Below, one piece after another: positions 49,257 to 58,920 of a DNA stretch of 64,000 bases (position 1 is its first letter; each line of letters starts with the position of its first letter). Location: positions 512,001 through 576,000 of the forward strand of contig CAVVOP010000021.1 in assembly GCA_963749915.1 (NCBI GenBank), read 5' to 3'. The notes beneath the pieces are model-generated. The model ran no database searches. It saw nothing but the letters and a program-made list of their open reading frames with translations, and had not been told where the DNA came from. The translations under genes were made by a program, and so were the position numbers. The stretch is from an uncultured cyanobacterium (GTDB lineage Bacteria; Cyanobacteriota; Cyanobacteriia; Cyanobacteriales; Cyanobacteriaceae).

Positions 49257-50894
49257 CTAACTTTTTTGTAATAAGTCTGAAGAATTAATTTCTGCTTTAT
49301 CGATTAAGATACCATATTCTATACCCTCAACTACGGCTTGATAAGAGGCATCAATAATATTTGTCGATACTCCTACTGTAGTCCAACGTTGTTCACCGTT
49401 GCTAGATTCGATTAACACTCTAGTTTTAGCAGAAGTTCCGGCCGCACCATCGAGAATACGAACTTTATAATCCGTTAAGTGGAATTGGGCGATTTCAGGA
49501 TAAAATTTCACCAATGCCTTCCGCAAGGCCTCATCTAACGCTGATACAGGGCCATTTCCTTCCGCCACTTCTAACAATTGTTCGCCATCTACGACCACCT
49601 TGATGGTGGCTAAGGCGTGGGTGTAGGGGTTTGTTCCGTCGATAGTAATATCGGAGTGCACTTGGAAACCTTTAATACCAAATAACGACTTTCTTTGATT
49701 TAATGCTTCCCGTAATAATAGTTCAAAACTAGCCTCGGCGGCCTCAAATTGATAACCTTCACTTTCCAAGGCTTTGAGTTTCTGTAAGATTTCTCGACAG
49801 GTAGGGTCATTTTTATCTAATGAGATGCCAAGGGTTTTCGCTTTACTGATGATATTACTTAATCCTGCTTGATCTGATATGACGATTCTTCTTTCGTTAC
49901 CGATGGATTCAGGCCCTATGTGTTCATAGGTTAAGGGATTGCGAGCAACTGCTGATACATGAATACCACCTTTATGGGCAAAGGCAGATCGCCCCACAAA
50001 AGGAGCATGATCATCTGGTGCAAGGTTAACAATTTCACTGATCAAACGACTATTGGGAGTTAATTTCGTCAATTCTTCTGCAGATAGGCATTTATAGCCT
50101 AATTTTAGTTGTAAATTAGGGATTAGGGTGCATAAATTGGCGTTACCGCATCTTTCTCCATAACCGTTAATGGTGCCTTGGATCATGGTTACTCCTTCTA
50201 ATACCGAGGCGATCGCATTAGCTACGGCTGTACCACTATCATTATGAGTGTGGATACCTAATTTAACACCCTGGGGATCATCTAAATTGAGATGGAGTTT
50301 AGTAACGACTTCCGCGACAATTTGGCTAATTTCGTGGGGTAGTGTACCACCATTGGTATCGCAAAAAACTAACCATTGGGCCCCCCCCTTTATGGCTGCC
50401 TGAAGGGTTAACAAGGCATAATCGGCATTATTTTTATAACCATCGAACCAGTGTTCGGCATCGTAAATAACCCTTCTTCCTTGGGATCGTAAATAGGCGA
50501 TGGTGTCTTCAATCATGGCTAAATTCTCGCCGAGAGTGGTTTTTAAGCCCTCGGTAACGTGTAAATCCCAAGATTTTCCAAAAATTGTCACCCAATGAGT
50601 ATTTGCGGCCAGAATAGCCTTTAACATCGGATCTGCTTCAGGGGATTGATTCGGGCGACGGGTAGAACAAAAGGCCACGATTTGAGCCTGTTTGAGGGGT
50701 TCTTCTTTCAATTGCCAAAAAAATTGTACATCTTTTGGGTTAGCACCAGGCCAACCGCCTTCAATAAAGGGGATGCCCATATCATCTAATTTTCGGGCAA
50801 TTTTTAACTTATCAGCCAAGGAGAGGGAAATACCTTCCCTTTGAGCTCCGTCTCTCAATGTAGTGTCATATAACCAAATTTTTCTTTCATTCAT
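49257..50894 (-). CDS. cimA: Citramalate synthase
   Basis: YDTTLRDGAQREG, IEGGWPGANPKD, HTHNDSG, AHKGGIH, LTDYKVRIL. Confidence 0.92.
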   Translation of the reverse strand: MNERKIWLYDTTLRDGAQREGISLSLADKLKIARKLDDMGIPFIEGGWPGANPKDVQFFWQLKEEPLKQAQIVAFCSTRRPNQSPEADPMLKAILAANTHWVTIFGKSWDLHVTEGLKTTLGENLAMIEDTIAYLRSQGRRVIYDAEHWFDGYKNNADYALLTLQAAIKGGAQWLVFCDTNGGTLPHEISQIVAEVVTKLHLNLDDPQGVKLGIHTHNDSGTAVANAIASVLEGVTMIQGTINGYGERCGNANLCTLIPNLQLKLGYKCLSAEELTKLTPNSRLISEIVNLAPDDHAPFVGRSAFAHKGGIHVSAVARNPLTYEHIGPESIGNERRIVISDQAGLSNIISKAKTLGISLDKNDPTCREILQKLKALESEGYQFEAAEASFELLLREALNQRKSLFGIKGFQVHSDITIDGTNPYTHALATIKVVVDGEQLLEVAEGNGPVSALDEALRKALVKFYPEIAQFHLTDYKVRILDGAAGTSAKTRVLIESSNGEQRWTTVGVSTNIIDASYQAVVEGIEYGILIDKAEINSSDLLQKS

Positions 50895-51059
50895 CGCTAT
50901 AATTTTGCCCTCGTTACCAGAATTTATCTCACAACATAGCCCATATTATTTAATATCTTAACTTAATTAATTTCAAATATTTGTTCGATCAACCAATTAA
51001 CAATTAAGATTTAATATTGAGACATTAAAAACAAATAAACGAACAATAAAAATAAGGTC

Positions 51060-52691
51060 ATGATACTAATGATGGACAATCGAGTAAACTTAAATGTTCT
51101 TAATGTACTGGCACAGGTACAAGAGTTTTCTCTGGAGGGAAATTTAGGTGATACATTATTAAATGTGGGAAAGGCTCTTTTAATTTTAATTATCGGGTTA
51201 ATTCTCGTCAATATTATTAAAGGACAAATCAAAAAATGGCTACATAAGACGGATATAGATAATCGTTTAGCCGCCATAGTTATAGGCGATCGTCCTGAAG
51301 ATTCATCCCAGATTCAAATCGAAAAATGGATTGCAGAAATTGTCGGCTGGATTATTACTTTATTTGTAATTATTGCCTTTTTTAACACCTTAGAATTAGA
51401 AGCAGTTTCTCAACCATTAAATACTCTTTTAGACACGGTTATTGGTTTTTTGCCCCGTGTAGGGAGTGCTATTTTTCTTCTTGTTTTAGCATGGGCAATA
51501 GCTACCATTGTTAAATTATTTGTCACTAAAACTTTAAATCAGTTTGGTTTAGACGAAAAATTAAATCAACAAATTCAAGAAACCGATGAGGAAGATCGTG
51601 AGGGTCAAGAAATTGCTTTAGGAGAAACTATCGGTAATGGTCTTTACTGGTTTATCTATCTCTTATTTTTACCGTCAATTCTCGGCGTTTTACGGCTAGA
51701 AGGTACTTTACGTCCCTTAGAAGAATTAGTTAATGATATTTTGGGTATTATCCCCAATGTTTTTGCGGCTATTCTTATTGCTTCCATTGGTTGGATTATT
51801 GCCCAAATTGTCAAAAAAGTAGTTATCAATCTTCTCAAAGCTAGTGGTGCAAATGCTTTGGGGACTAAATTTGGTCTATCTGCTACTAAAAAAAATCAGT
51901 CTTTAGCTTATCTCGTCGGCTCAGTAGTTTACGTCCTAGTGCTGATTCCTATTGCCATTACTGCCTTAGATGCTTTACAAGTTAAGGCTATTTCTACACC
52001 GTCCATCGCCATGCTAAATCAGGTTTTAGAGATATTGCCCAATTTACTAGCGGCGATCGTCATTATCGGTTTAGCCTATTTTGGTGGTCAATATTTATCA
52101 GAATTAATCAGTAATTTATTGACTAGCATTGGTTTTAATAATGTGTTTGTCTGGTTGGGAATCACTGATCCCACAAAAATAGAAGAAGAAGAAATACAAT
52201 CAGATATAATCCTAGAGGAGGAACAAGGTACTCAATCGATCAAATCAGCCAAAACCCCTGCAGAAATAGTGGGCGTAATTGTCTTAGTGGCTGTGATGTT
52301 AGTATCTCTTCTGACAGCAGTTGATATTCTCCAAATCAGTGCTTTGAAAGAAATGGTTGCTTTTGTCTTATTATTAGCCGGACAAGTTTTAGTTGGTGTA
52401 ATTATTTTAGGGATCGGTTTGTATTTTGCCAATTTAGTGTTTAAACTAATTGCCAATTCTGGTACTAATCAAGCTCATTTTTTAGCTCAGGTTGCCCGTA
52501 TTGGTATTATTATCTTGGTGTCTGCCATGGCTTTGGAAAGAATTGGTATCGCACCCAATATCGTTAATCTTGCCTTTGGTTTATTAACAGGAGGAATTGC
52601 CGTGGCCATAGCTCTTGCCTTTGGTTTAGGCGGCAGAGAAGCAGCAGGAAAAGCACTGGAACAATGGTTCAATTCCTTTAATCAAAAATAA
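51060..52691 (+). CDS. Multi-TM protein with conserved TM-helix repeats (MscS/CmpX-like)
   Basis: Repeated (F/I)LP.V.AA.I...GW.IA units; C-terminal ALAFGLGGREAA. Confidence 0.82.
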   Translation: MILMMDNRVNLNVLNVLAQVQEFSLEGNLGDTLLNVGKALLILIIGLILVNIIKGQIKKWLHKTDIDNRLAAIVIGDRPEDSSQIQIEKWIAEIVGWIITLFVIIAFFNTLELEAVSQPLNTLLDTVIGFLPRVGSAIFLLVLAWAIATIVKLFVTKTLNQFGLDEKLNQQIQETDEEDREGQEIALGETIGNGLYWFIYLLFLPSILGVLRLEGTLRPLEELVNDILGIIPNVFAAILIASIGWIIAQIVKKVVINLLKASGANALGTKFGLSATKKNQSLAYLVGSVVYVLVLIPIAITALDALQVKAISTPSIAMLNQVLEILPNLLAAIVIIGLAYFGGQYLSELISNLLTSIGFNNVFVWLGITDPTKIEEEEIQSDIILEEEQGTQSIKSAKTPAEIVGVIVLVAVMLVSLLTAVDILQISALKEMVAFVLLLAGQVLVGVIILGIGLYFANLVFKLIANSGTNQAHFLAQVARIGIIILVSAMALERIGIAPNIVNLAFGLLTGGIAVAIALAFGLGGREAAGKALEQWFNSFNQK

Positions 52692-52711
52692 ATCACGGAT
52701 TACAATACTGC

Positions 52712-52900
52712 TGGCACTTAAACAAAAAACAATAAGAAAATAGCCTCGAACCTAGGTGTGATAATGTATATACGCCAATGCCCCAAAAACCGCTGAAAGA
52801 AAGCCGGATATATCAAGGAAAAGCCTAGATCGTGGCAAATATATTTACCTGTAAAGGTTTGAGGCTATTTTTTAAAAACCCAAAAAATGTTTAAGTACCA
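52712..52900. mobile_element. MITE-like element (189 bp) with nested inverted repeats
   Basis: TGGCACTTAAACA ... TGTTTAAGTACCA (12/13) and inner AAAATAGCCTCGAACCT ... AGGTTTGAGGCTATTTT (16/17). Confidence 0.78.
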
Positions 52901-53299
52901 CTGGGAGTTCCAAAAGAGCTTTAGGGAATCGCAAATAAAAGATATACCAGTTAATTTCTTGTATATTATTCAGATAGAGCTTGCTTTAAATGGCATTCTA
53001 TTTTCTTGCTACTCCCTTCTACCGTCTACTTGTCCAGGCCGTTGTGTCAGATCGGTTAATATCTCTGTGCAAGTAGTTAAGCAGGGGAAACGGTAAAAAC
53101 CCTACAACAGTAAACTTTCTCTTTTTTCTCGATTAATTTCCAGCTTTCCAACATTTATCACACTCTTGTTTAATCAACCATTTGCTTCCTGACACCGTTC
53201 CCCTCTGGAAGCAACAATGCAAGTCAAACGGCAAAAACATTGCTCTGGGATGAGTGAATTAAATGTTCTGGCACAATATCTGGACATATATCTATCCAT
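52901..53299 (-). pseudogene. Possible decayed OmpR-family response regulator fragment
   Basis: One frame with stops reads ...NG*LNKSVINVGKLEINREKRESLLL*...LTTCTEILTDLTQRPGQVDGRRE*, reminiscent of a winged-helix output domain. Confidence 0.3.
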
Positions 53300-53377
53300 T
53301 GTAATAGCTAATTAAATGAAATAAGAAATTTAGTTAAATAACTTTATATTTCTCTAAAAATCTTAATATCATTTTTG

Positions 53378-54067
53378 CTATCGTGTTTGAGACTGACGCA
53401 ATTGATGCTGTCTTCGATTAAATTCAATTTGTTCAGCGTTTAAAACTTTCGACTCAATGGGAGGACGCATATCCCACTGAAGTTCTGATAACAGTATAAG
53501 ACTACTAGCCATAATTAAGCCTGTGGTCAAAAACTGCCATCCTGGAACATATGGTATTACCATAATGCCTAACAAATGAAAAATACCCATCAAGATAAAA
53601 GTTCGTGAATACATACCCCATCCCATAACGAGATAACCAATGGCACTCAACACTAGCCACAAAGGACAAAGATTCATTAATATGACTGGAATGCTACCAA
53701 AAATACCTATATTTGTAATTCCTAATCCCAGCAACATTAACCCAGACCAAAGCAATATTACCCAACGCAACTGTTCTACAACTACCCAAAAATGCGTCAG
53801 GCAAATCATACCAGCAGTGCCAATTAGAGTGAGAGTAGACCAGACTATAGCTTGGAATTGCCAACTAATAGGGCAAAACTGGGCAGTGAAAAAGATACCC
53901 GCAGTGATTAAAGCCCAAAGAATAAAAACCTGATCTATTCGAGTATAGATATTATTTATTAATGTTGTGGAACCGACTCGCCAGTGAATTTTAATCAGTC
54001 CACATAAGTCTTGAATATCAACTTCTTTTTGCTTGATACGTAAAAGGGGGAGAGATAGATTAAACAA
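53378..54067 (-). CDS. Conserved hypothetical membrane protein
   Basis: 229 aa with about six hydrophobic segments; YTRIDQVFILW, ELQWDMRPP. Confidence 0.8.
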   Translation of the reverse strand: MFNLSLPLLRIKQKEVDIQDLCGLIKIHWRVGSTTLINNIYTRIDQVFILWALITAGIFFTAQFCPISWQFQAIVWSTLTLIGTAGMICLTHFWVVVEQLRWVILLWSGLMLLGLGITNIGIFGSIPVILMNLCPLWLVLSAIGYLVMGWGMYSRTFILMGIFHLLGIMVIPYVPGWQFLTTGLIMASSLILLSELQWDMRPPIESKVLNAEQIEFNRRQHQLRQSQTR

Positions 54068-54203
54068 AATAAAACAAATTATAAAATATTATAGGACTCA
54101 ATTAGTAGCTTAACATAACTTAATATTTTTATGATAGCTTTTTTAACAATGGTCTATTATCAATTACAAGTGTGTTGTCCATCATTCTTCGGAAAAATAA
54201 ACC

Positions 54204-54584
54204 ATGGAAAAATTATTAGAACAGAATTGTATTCCTTGCAGTGGTTACTCGCAGCCATTGACTGAGAAAAAAATAGCGGAGCTTAAGCCTCAAGTTCCTG
54301 AGTGGAACATTATTTATGAAGATGGTAAACCTCGACTTCAGCGATTCTATGAATTCCCCGATTTTAAAAATGCCCTCGATTTTACTCAACGAGTAGGTGA
54401 AGAAGCCGAGAAAGAAGGACATCACCCCTCCTTGTTGTGTGAGTGGGGTAAAGTCACAGTAACCTGGTGGACTCATGCTATTAAAGGACTGCATGGGAAT
54501 GATTTTATAATGGCTGCCAAAACAGATTCCCTCTACTCAGATCTTGCACCTTTCCCAAAAGCATCTGTTGAGGGCAAATTATGA
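54204..54584 (+). CDS. phhB: Pterin-4a-carbinolamine dehydratase
   Basis: CIPC, EGHHP, WWTHAIKGLH.NDFIMAAKTD. Confidence 0.93.
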   Translation: MEKLLEQNCIPCSGYSQPLTEKKIAELKPQVPEWNIIYEDGKPRLQRFYEFPDFKNALDFTQRVGEEAEKEGHHPSLLCEWGKVTVTWWTHAIKGLHGNDFIMAAKTDSLYSDLAPFPKASVEGKL

Positions 54585-54719
54585 ATTATGAATTATGAAT
54601 GAGTTAAACTTAGTAAAGTATCTTTATAAAGAGGAAAAGCCATTTAAGAGCTAAAAAATCCCTAACCTAACACCTAACACCTTTTATTAAGTATTTATGT
54701 ACTGGTGAAAGATCTCAGT
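54535..54719. mobile_element. MITE (185 bp) overlapping the 3' end of phhB
   Basis: ACTCAGATCTTGCACC ... GGTGAAAGATCTCAGT (14/16 inverted); contains (ATGAATT)n and (CCTAACA)n. Confidence 0.75.
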
Positions 54720-54729
54720 CTATACAAAT

Positions 54730-55656
54730 TAGACATCTCCAAAAATTTATGATTCTTTCATTATAAGCATTTGAAACCTTTTTACTCCTAGGGCGATCGC
54801 GCGATCGCCGGCTCTTAATCCTGTTATTTCGTCAAAAATCAAGAAAAATCCAATTTTGATGAAAAAATATGGGTTAACAGAACATCAATTATTTCTCCCG
54901 TTTCACTCGTTTTCCGATGTTCAATTATTAAAGTTCCCATTCTTAATCTTACCAAACCACAAACGCTCAAAAAAACTGATTCATATTCCTCTTTTTTTAG
55001 TCTAAATCTTTCTCCCATAACCTTAAATATTTTGATTATTCTAATTAGATGCTCTACAAATATATCTGCATTTTCCCTCCAAATAGTTATGTCAGCTTTT
55101 GGTCCTAGTTCTCCTCCTACTACATCTACTATATCTTCCCCTTTTGGCAAACAAATTACTTGATTTTTAAAAGTCTGCATTTTTTTCTTTCCTGAATAAT
55201 GCTTTTTTTGTTCTTCATAGTCTAGACTTCTTTCTATTTCTTGTTCTTCTGTATCTACTATGAGCTCATAATTAGTTAAGATTTTTTTGATTTCTTCTAG
55301 ACTATCCTCGAACTTTTTTACTTGTTCTCGTAAGGAAGAAGGTAAGGCTAATTCTAATAATTTTTGCCATTTATGAAACACATTATTAGCAGTACTTTCA
55401 CTCACTTTAAACATTAATGCTAATAACTGAAAATTAAGATGGTGTCTCAGATAAACCAAAGTCATAATTATTTGTTCTTCTTTACTTATTTTTTCATCCC
55501 TTCCACCTCCTACTTTATTAATTCTTATCTTCTTTTGTTCTTGTTTTTGATTCTCTTGTTCTTCGTATAATTATTCATTGTTTTTGATATTTTTTACCTC
55601 AGAAGTTAAAGTTATTATACTAATTTTCTGATATTATTATATTTTGGAGATGTCTA
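54730..55656 (-). mobile_element. Defective IS5-family (ISL2/IS702-like) insertion sequence with perfect terminal inverted repeats
   Basis: TAGACATCTCCAAAA (54730-54744) and TTTTGGAGATGTCTA (55642-55656) enclose transposase fragments. Confidence 0.88.
54839..55578 (-). pseudogene. Transposase pseudogene (HTH_Tnp_4 plus DDE_Tnp_4-like)
   Basis: GGGR..K.SKEEQIIMTLVYLRHH..FQLLALMF.VSESTA, IVDTEEQEIER, YSGKKK..TFKNQ, FVEHLIR.IKIF. Native-looking ATG near 55578 is out of frame, and the usual GDKAY segment is missing. Confidence 0.8.
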
Positions 55657-55772
55657 TTGATCTAACGGTAACCTGACTAAAGCCAGAAGTAGTAGAAGTT
55701 ATAGTGCTGCTACTGATGACAATAGTAGTATTACTGAAAGCGATCGCTTCCCCTTAGTATTATGTAAATAAT

Positions 55773-56483
55773 TTATTTATTGTGGAAGGTTCCTAAGGAG
55801 GGTAATTTCCACCAAGGCACAAAGGGATATTGATGATGTTCTTGGTGATAACTAAAATGATAACAGGCAATTAATGACCAAAATACCGGCAAATAAAGAC
55901 TTTTAATAGAGGATATTTCCTCTTCTTTTTGGTTAGATTGACGATGGGGCAAAAAAGTGCCAAAAAAGAATAATTGTAATGAACTTAAAATTAAAGGCAA
56001 CGCCCAAAATAAAAATAAATGAAACCAAGTAACTTTAAAACAATAAGCAATAAATAAGACAAGTACGGATAAACGAAACAAATGTTTAAGACTGATATAT
56101 TTAGTCATAAACTCTCCATACCAGCCCAAAAAACTTAAATTATCACTATTATGAAAATCAGGATCAAGATTCGTACCCGGAAAACGATGATGTAATAAGT
56201 GTTTTTCCCTTAAATTTTCGTAGGACAAAAAAGCATATAAAATAAGAGCAAATCCACCGATAAAATGATTAACCCGAAGATTAGGGGGGAAGATAAGCCC
56301 GTGCATGCCATCATGGGCAATGATAAATAATCCCGTATTTAAAAAAGTTTGCCATAAAATTAACATTAAAATACCTAGATTACTAACTTTAGTTAAATCA
56401 TTGATTAGGTAAATTGAAATCGTTACCGTCCAAAGGGCAATAATCACCAAAGCAATAATAAAACCCAAGTAATTAACCATCAT
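55773..56483 (-). CDS. crtW: Beta-carotene ketolase
   Basis: TGLFIIAHDGMHG, HLLHHRFPGT..DPDFH, LQLFFFGTFLPHR, YHQEHH.YP.VPWWKLP; divergent from ocp. Confidence 0.9.
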   Translation of the reverse strand: MMVNYLGFIIALVIIALWTVTISIYLINDLTKVSNLGILMLILWQTFLNTGLFIIAHDGMHGLIFPPNLRVNHFIGGFALILYAFLSYENLREKHLLHHRFPGTNLDPDFHNSDNLSFLGWYGEFMTKYISLKHLFRLSVLVLFIAYCFKVTWFHLFLFWALPLILSSLQLFFFGTFLPHRQSNQKEEEISSIKSLYLPVFWSLIACYHFSYHQEHHQYPFVPWWKLPSLGTFHNK

Positions 56484-56658
56484 ATTCTTCTTTTTTCCCC
56501 GCAAAATTTACCTTTAGGGACGGAAAATGAACATAGATCTTACGGTAGCATGATATTTTCTTCGGTCATTGTCGCAAAATCCGCACCACAAGACTAAATA
56601 TTTTCTTAAGGATTTATGTTAAATTGATTACAGAAATTCACAAATCTAGGGTTCAATT

Positions 56659-57618
56659 ATGCCTTTTACTATCGATTCAGCCCGTACGATCTTTCCCGAA
56701 ACTCTAGCGGCGGATGTAGTACCTGCTACCGTCGCTAGATTTACACAATTAAGTGCCGAAGATCAGTTAGCATTAATCTGGTTTGCCTACCTAGAAATGG
56801 GTAAAACCATTACCATAGCCGCTCCGGGTGCCGCTAATATGATATTAGCAGAATCCACTCTCAACGAAATAAAAAACATGAGTACACAAGAGCAATCACA
56901 GGTGATGTGCGACCTAGCTAATCGTGCAGATACCCCCATTTGTCGTACTTATGCAGTTTGGTCTGTTAATGTCAAACTTGGCTTTTGGTATCAGTTAGGT
57001 AAATTCATGGAACAAGGAATCGTTGCCCCTATTCCTGCTGGTTATAGACTTTCAGCCAACGCTAATTCGGTATTAGATGCCATCAAAAAATTAGAAGCCG
57101 GTCAACAAATTACTGTACTTCGTAATGCCGTAGTTGATATGGGTTATGATGTTAAGAAACTCGGAGATTATACCCCCATTGCAGAACCTGTAACTCCTCC
57201 TCAAGAAGTATCTAAACGTACTAATGTTAGCATTCAAGGTGTAACTAATCCCACAGTCCTGAAATACATGGATAACTTAAACGCCAATGATTTCGATACA
57301 TTAATCGAACTATTTCTTCCCGATGGTGCGTTACAACCTCCTTTCAAACGTCCTATCGTTGGCAAGGACAATATTCTTCGCTTCTTTAAAGAAGAATGTC
57401 AAAACCTCAAATTAATTCCTGAAAATGGTGTTACTGAACCTGCAGACGGCGGTTATACTCAAATTAAAGTAACAGGAAAAGTACAAACTCCTTGGTTTGG
57501 CGGTAATGTTGGCATGAATATTGCATGGCGTTTCCTTCTCAATCCAGAGGGAAAAATCTTTTTCGTAGCCATTGATTTACTGGCATCCCCCAAAGAATTA
57601 TTAAACTTGATGCGCTAG
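56659..57618 (+). CDS. ocp: Orange carotenoid protein (OCP1 type)
   Basis: MPFTIDSAR.IFP.TLAADVVPAT, QQITVLRNAVVDMG, YMDNLNANDF, VQTPWFG, NIAWRF. Confidence 0.97.
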   Translation: MPFTIDSARTIFPETLAADVVPATVARFTQLSAEDQLALIWFAYLEMGKTITIAAPGAANMILAESTLNEIKNMSTQEQSQVMCDLANRADTPICRTYAVWSVNVKLGFWYQLGKFMEQGIVAPIPAGYRLSANANSVLDAIKKLEAGQQITVLRNAVVDMGYDVKKLGDYTPIAEPVTPPQEVSKRTNVSIQGVTNPTVLKYMDNLNANDFDTLIELFLPDGALQPPFKRPIVGKDNILRFFKEECQNLKLIPENGVTEPADGGYTQIKVTGKVQTPWFGGNVGMNIAWRFLLNPEGKIFFVAIDLLASPKELLNLMR

Positions 57619-57777
57619 ATTTACATAATTTAACTAACAGAATCAGAGCTTAAAATTGAGAATACCTTCCTAACCTTTTTACTGATTTTTACGAATAGGG
57701 AAGCTGAAGGGTCGCAAATCAAGAATTTAGCCTAGGGAATAACAGTTTTAATTCATCATCCATAATTTGTTAATTCT

Positions 57778-57811
57778 AAAGAGTTTTCTTTTTTAAGAGA
57801 CTCTTTTTTTT
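57778..57811 (+). terminator. Intrinsic terminator between ocp and frp
   Basis: AAAGAGTTTTCTT-TTTT-AAGAGACTCTTT followed by a T run. Confidence 0.55.
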
Positions 57812-57883
57812 GCCTTTTTACCAAATATATTGATAGGATATAGGAGTGTTTAAATTTTCTTATACCCTTTTTTATAAAAAATT

Positions 57884-58216
57884 ATGTCAACAATAATTAC
57901 TGAAACAGAATGGACTACCAAAGAAATAGAAATTAGTCAACGAGTATTAAATAAAGCGTATCAACGAGAAACAGAAACTTTAGTGGCGGAGGTACGGCAT
58001 AAAATTAATAATATGACTGACATAGAACAACTGTGGCAAGTTCATGATACTTTGAGTGCCAAACGTTATGATCTTGATGGTAAATATGATGCCAGAGAAC
58101 CGATGTTAATTTTCACCTTTGCTCAACTATTAAAAGAAGGTTGGATAAGTTTAGAGGAATTAAGTGGTTTACATCAAGCAAAATTAGCAAAAATTTCTTC
58201 TTTATCTAAAATCTAA
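57884..58216 (+). CDS. frp: Fluorescence recovery protein
   Basis: W...E, AYQRET, LWQVHD.LSAKR.DLDGKYD, IFTFAQLLKEGW; downstream of ocp. Confidence 0.93.
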   Translation: MSTIITETEWTTKEIEISQRVLNKAYQRETETLVAEVRHKINNMTDIEQLWQVHDTLSAKRYDLDGKYDAREPMLIFTFAQLLKEGWISLEELSGLHQAKLAKISSLSKI

Positions 58217-58345
58217 TAATAAATTTATTCCGCAATTATAAAGATAAAACTGTTAACTTTTGTCCTTTTTTTCTTGTTTCCTATCACGATTACACTTTTT
58301 ATCAATCCTATTTTATAAATTTTGCTAAAAAATAAAGTATATTAT

Positions 58346-58786
58346 ATGAGTGAAAAAGATCAAGAAATTATTTTACTGCCTGACGAATGGGCAACTAAAA
58401 AATTAGGGCAAAGGTTGGCAGATGAATTAACACCTAATAGCGTTTTATTATTAAGTGGTAATTTAGGAGCGGGAAAGACTACTTTAATTCAGGGATTAGG
58501 AGAAGCATTAGGAATTAAAGAAGCGATCGTCAGTCCCACTTTTACTTTAATTAATGAATATCCAGAAGGAAAAATACCCCTTTATCACATCGATTTATAT
58601 CGCCTTAAACCCGAACAAGTAAAGGATTTATACTTAGAAAATTATTGGCAAGCCATAGAAGTTGAAGCAGGAATAACTGCCATTGAATGGTCAGAATTCT
58701 TACCTAATTTGCCACCTAATTACATCAAAATTAACTTAGAAATTGATTCAGAATTAGGCAGAAAAGCAATTATTTTTAGACAATAA
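58346..58786 (+). CDS. tsaE: tRNA threonylcarbamoyladenosine biosynthesis ATPase
   Basis: GNLGAGKTT, SPTFTLINEY, YHIDLYRL, IEW. Confidence 0.95.
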   Translation: MSEKDQEIILLPDEWATKKLGQRLADELTPNSVLLLSGNLGAGKTTLIQGLGEALGIKEAIVSPTFTLINEYPEGKIPLYHIDLYRLKPEQVKDLYLENYWQAIEVEAGITAIEWSEFLPNLPPNYIKINLEIDSELGRKAIIFRQ

Positions 58787-58920
58787 AATCATACATCGAA
58801 AGGTTATTTCTAAAATCAAGAACTGAGAAAATACCGTAGCCAATTACCGTCCGATCGCCAATATTTATTAAAAAATAAGTGGGTTAAAAAATGAGCGAAC
58901 GGTGAGAGCATAATTATCAA

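Noticed and set aside
52887..53096. 69-aa plus-strand ORF
   Set aside because: The ATG lies in the MITE terminal repeat and there is no recognisable motif.
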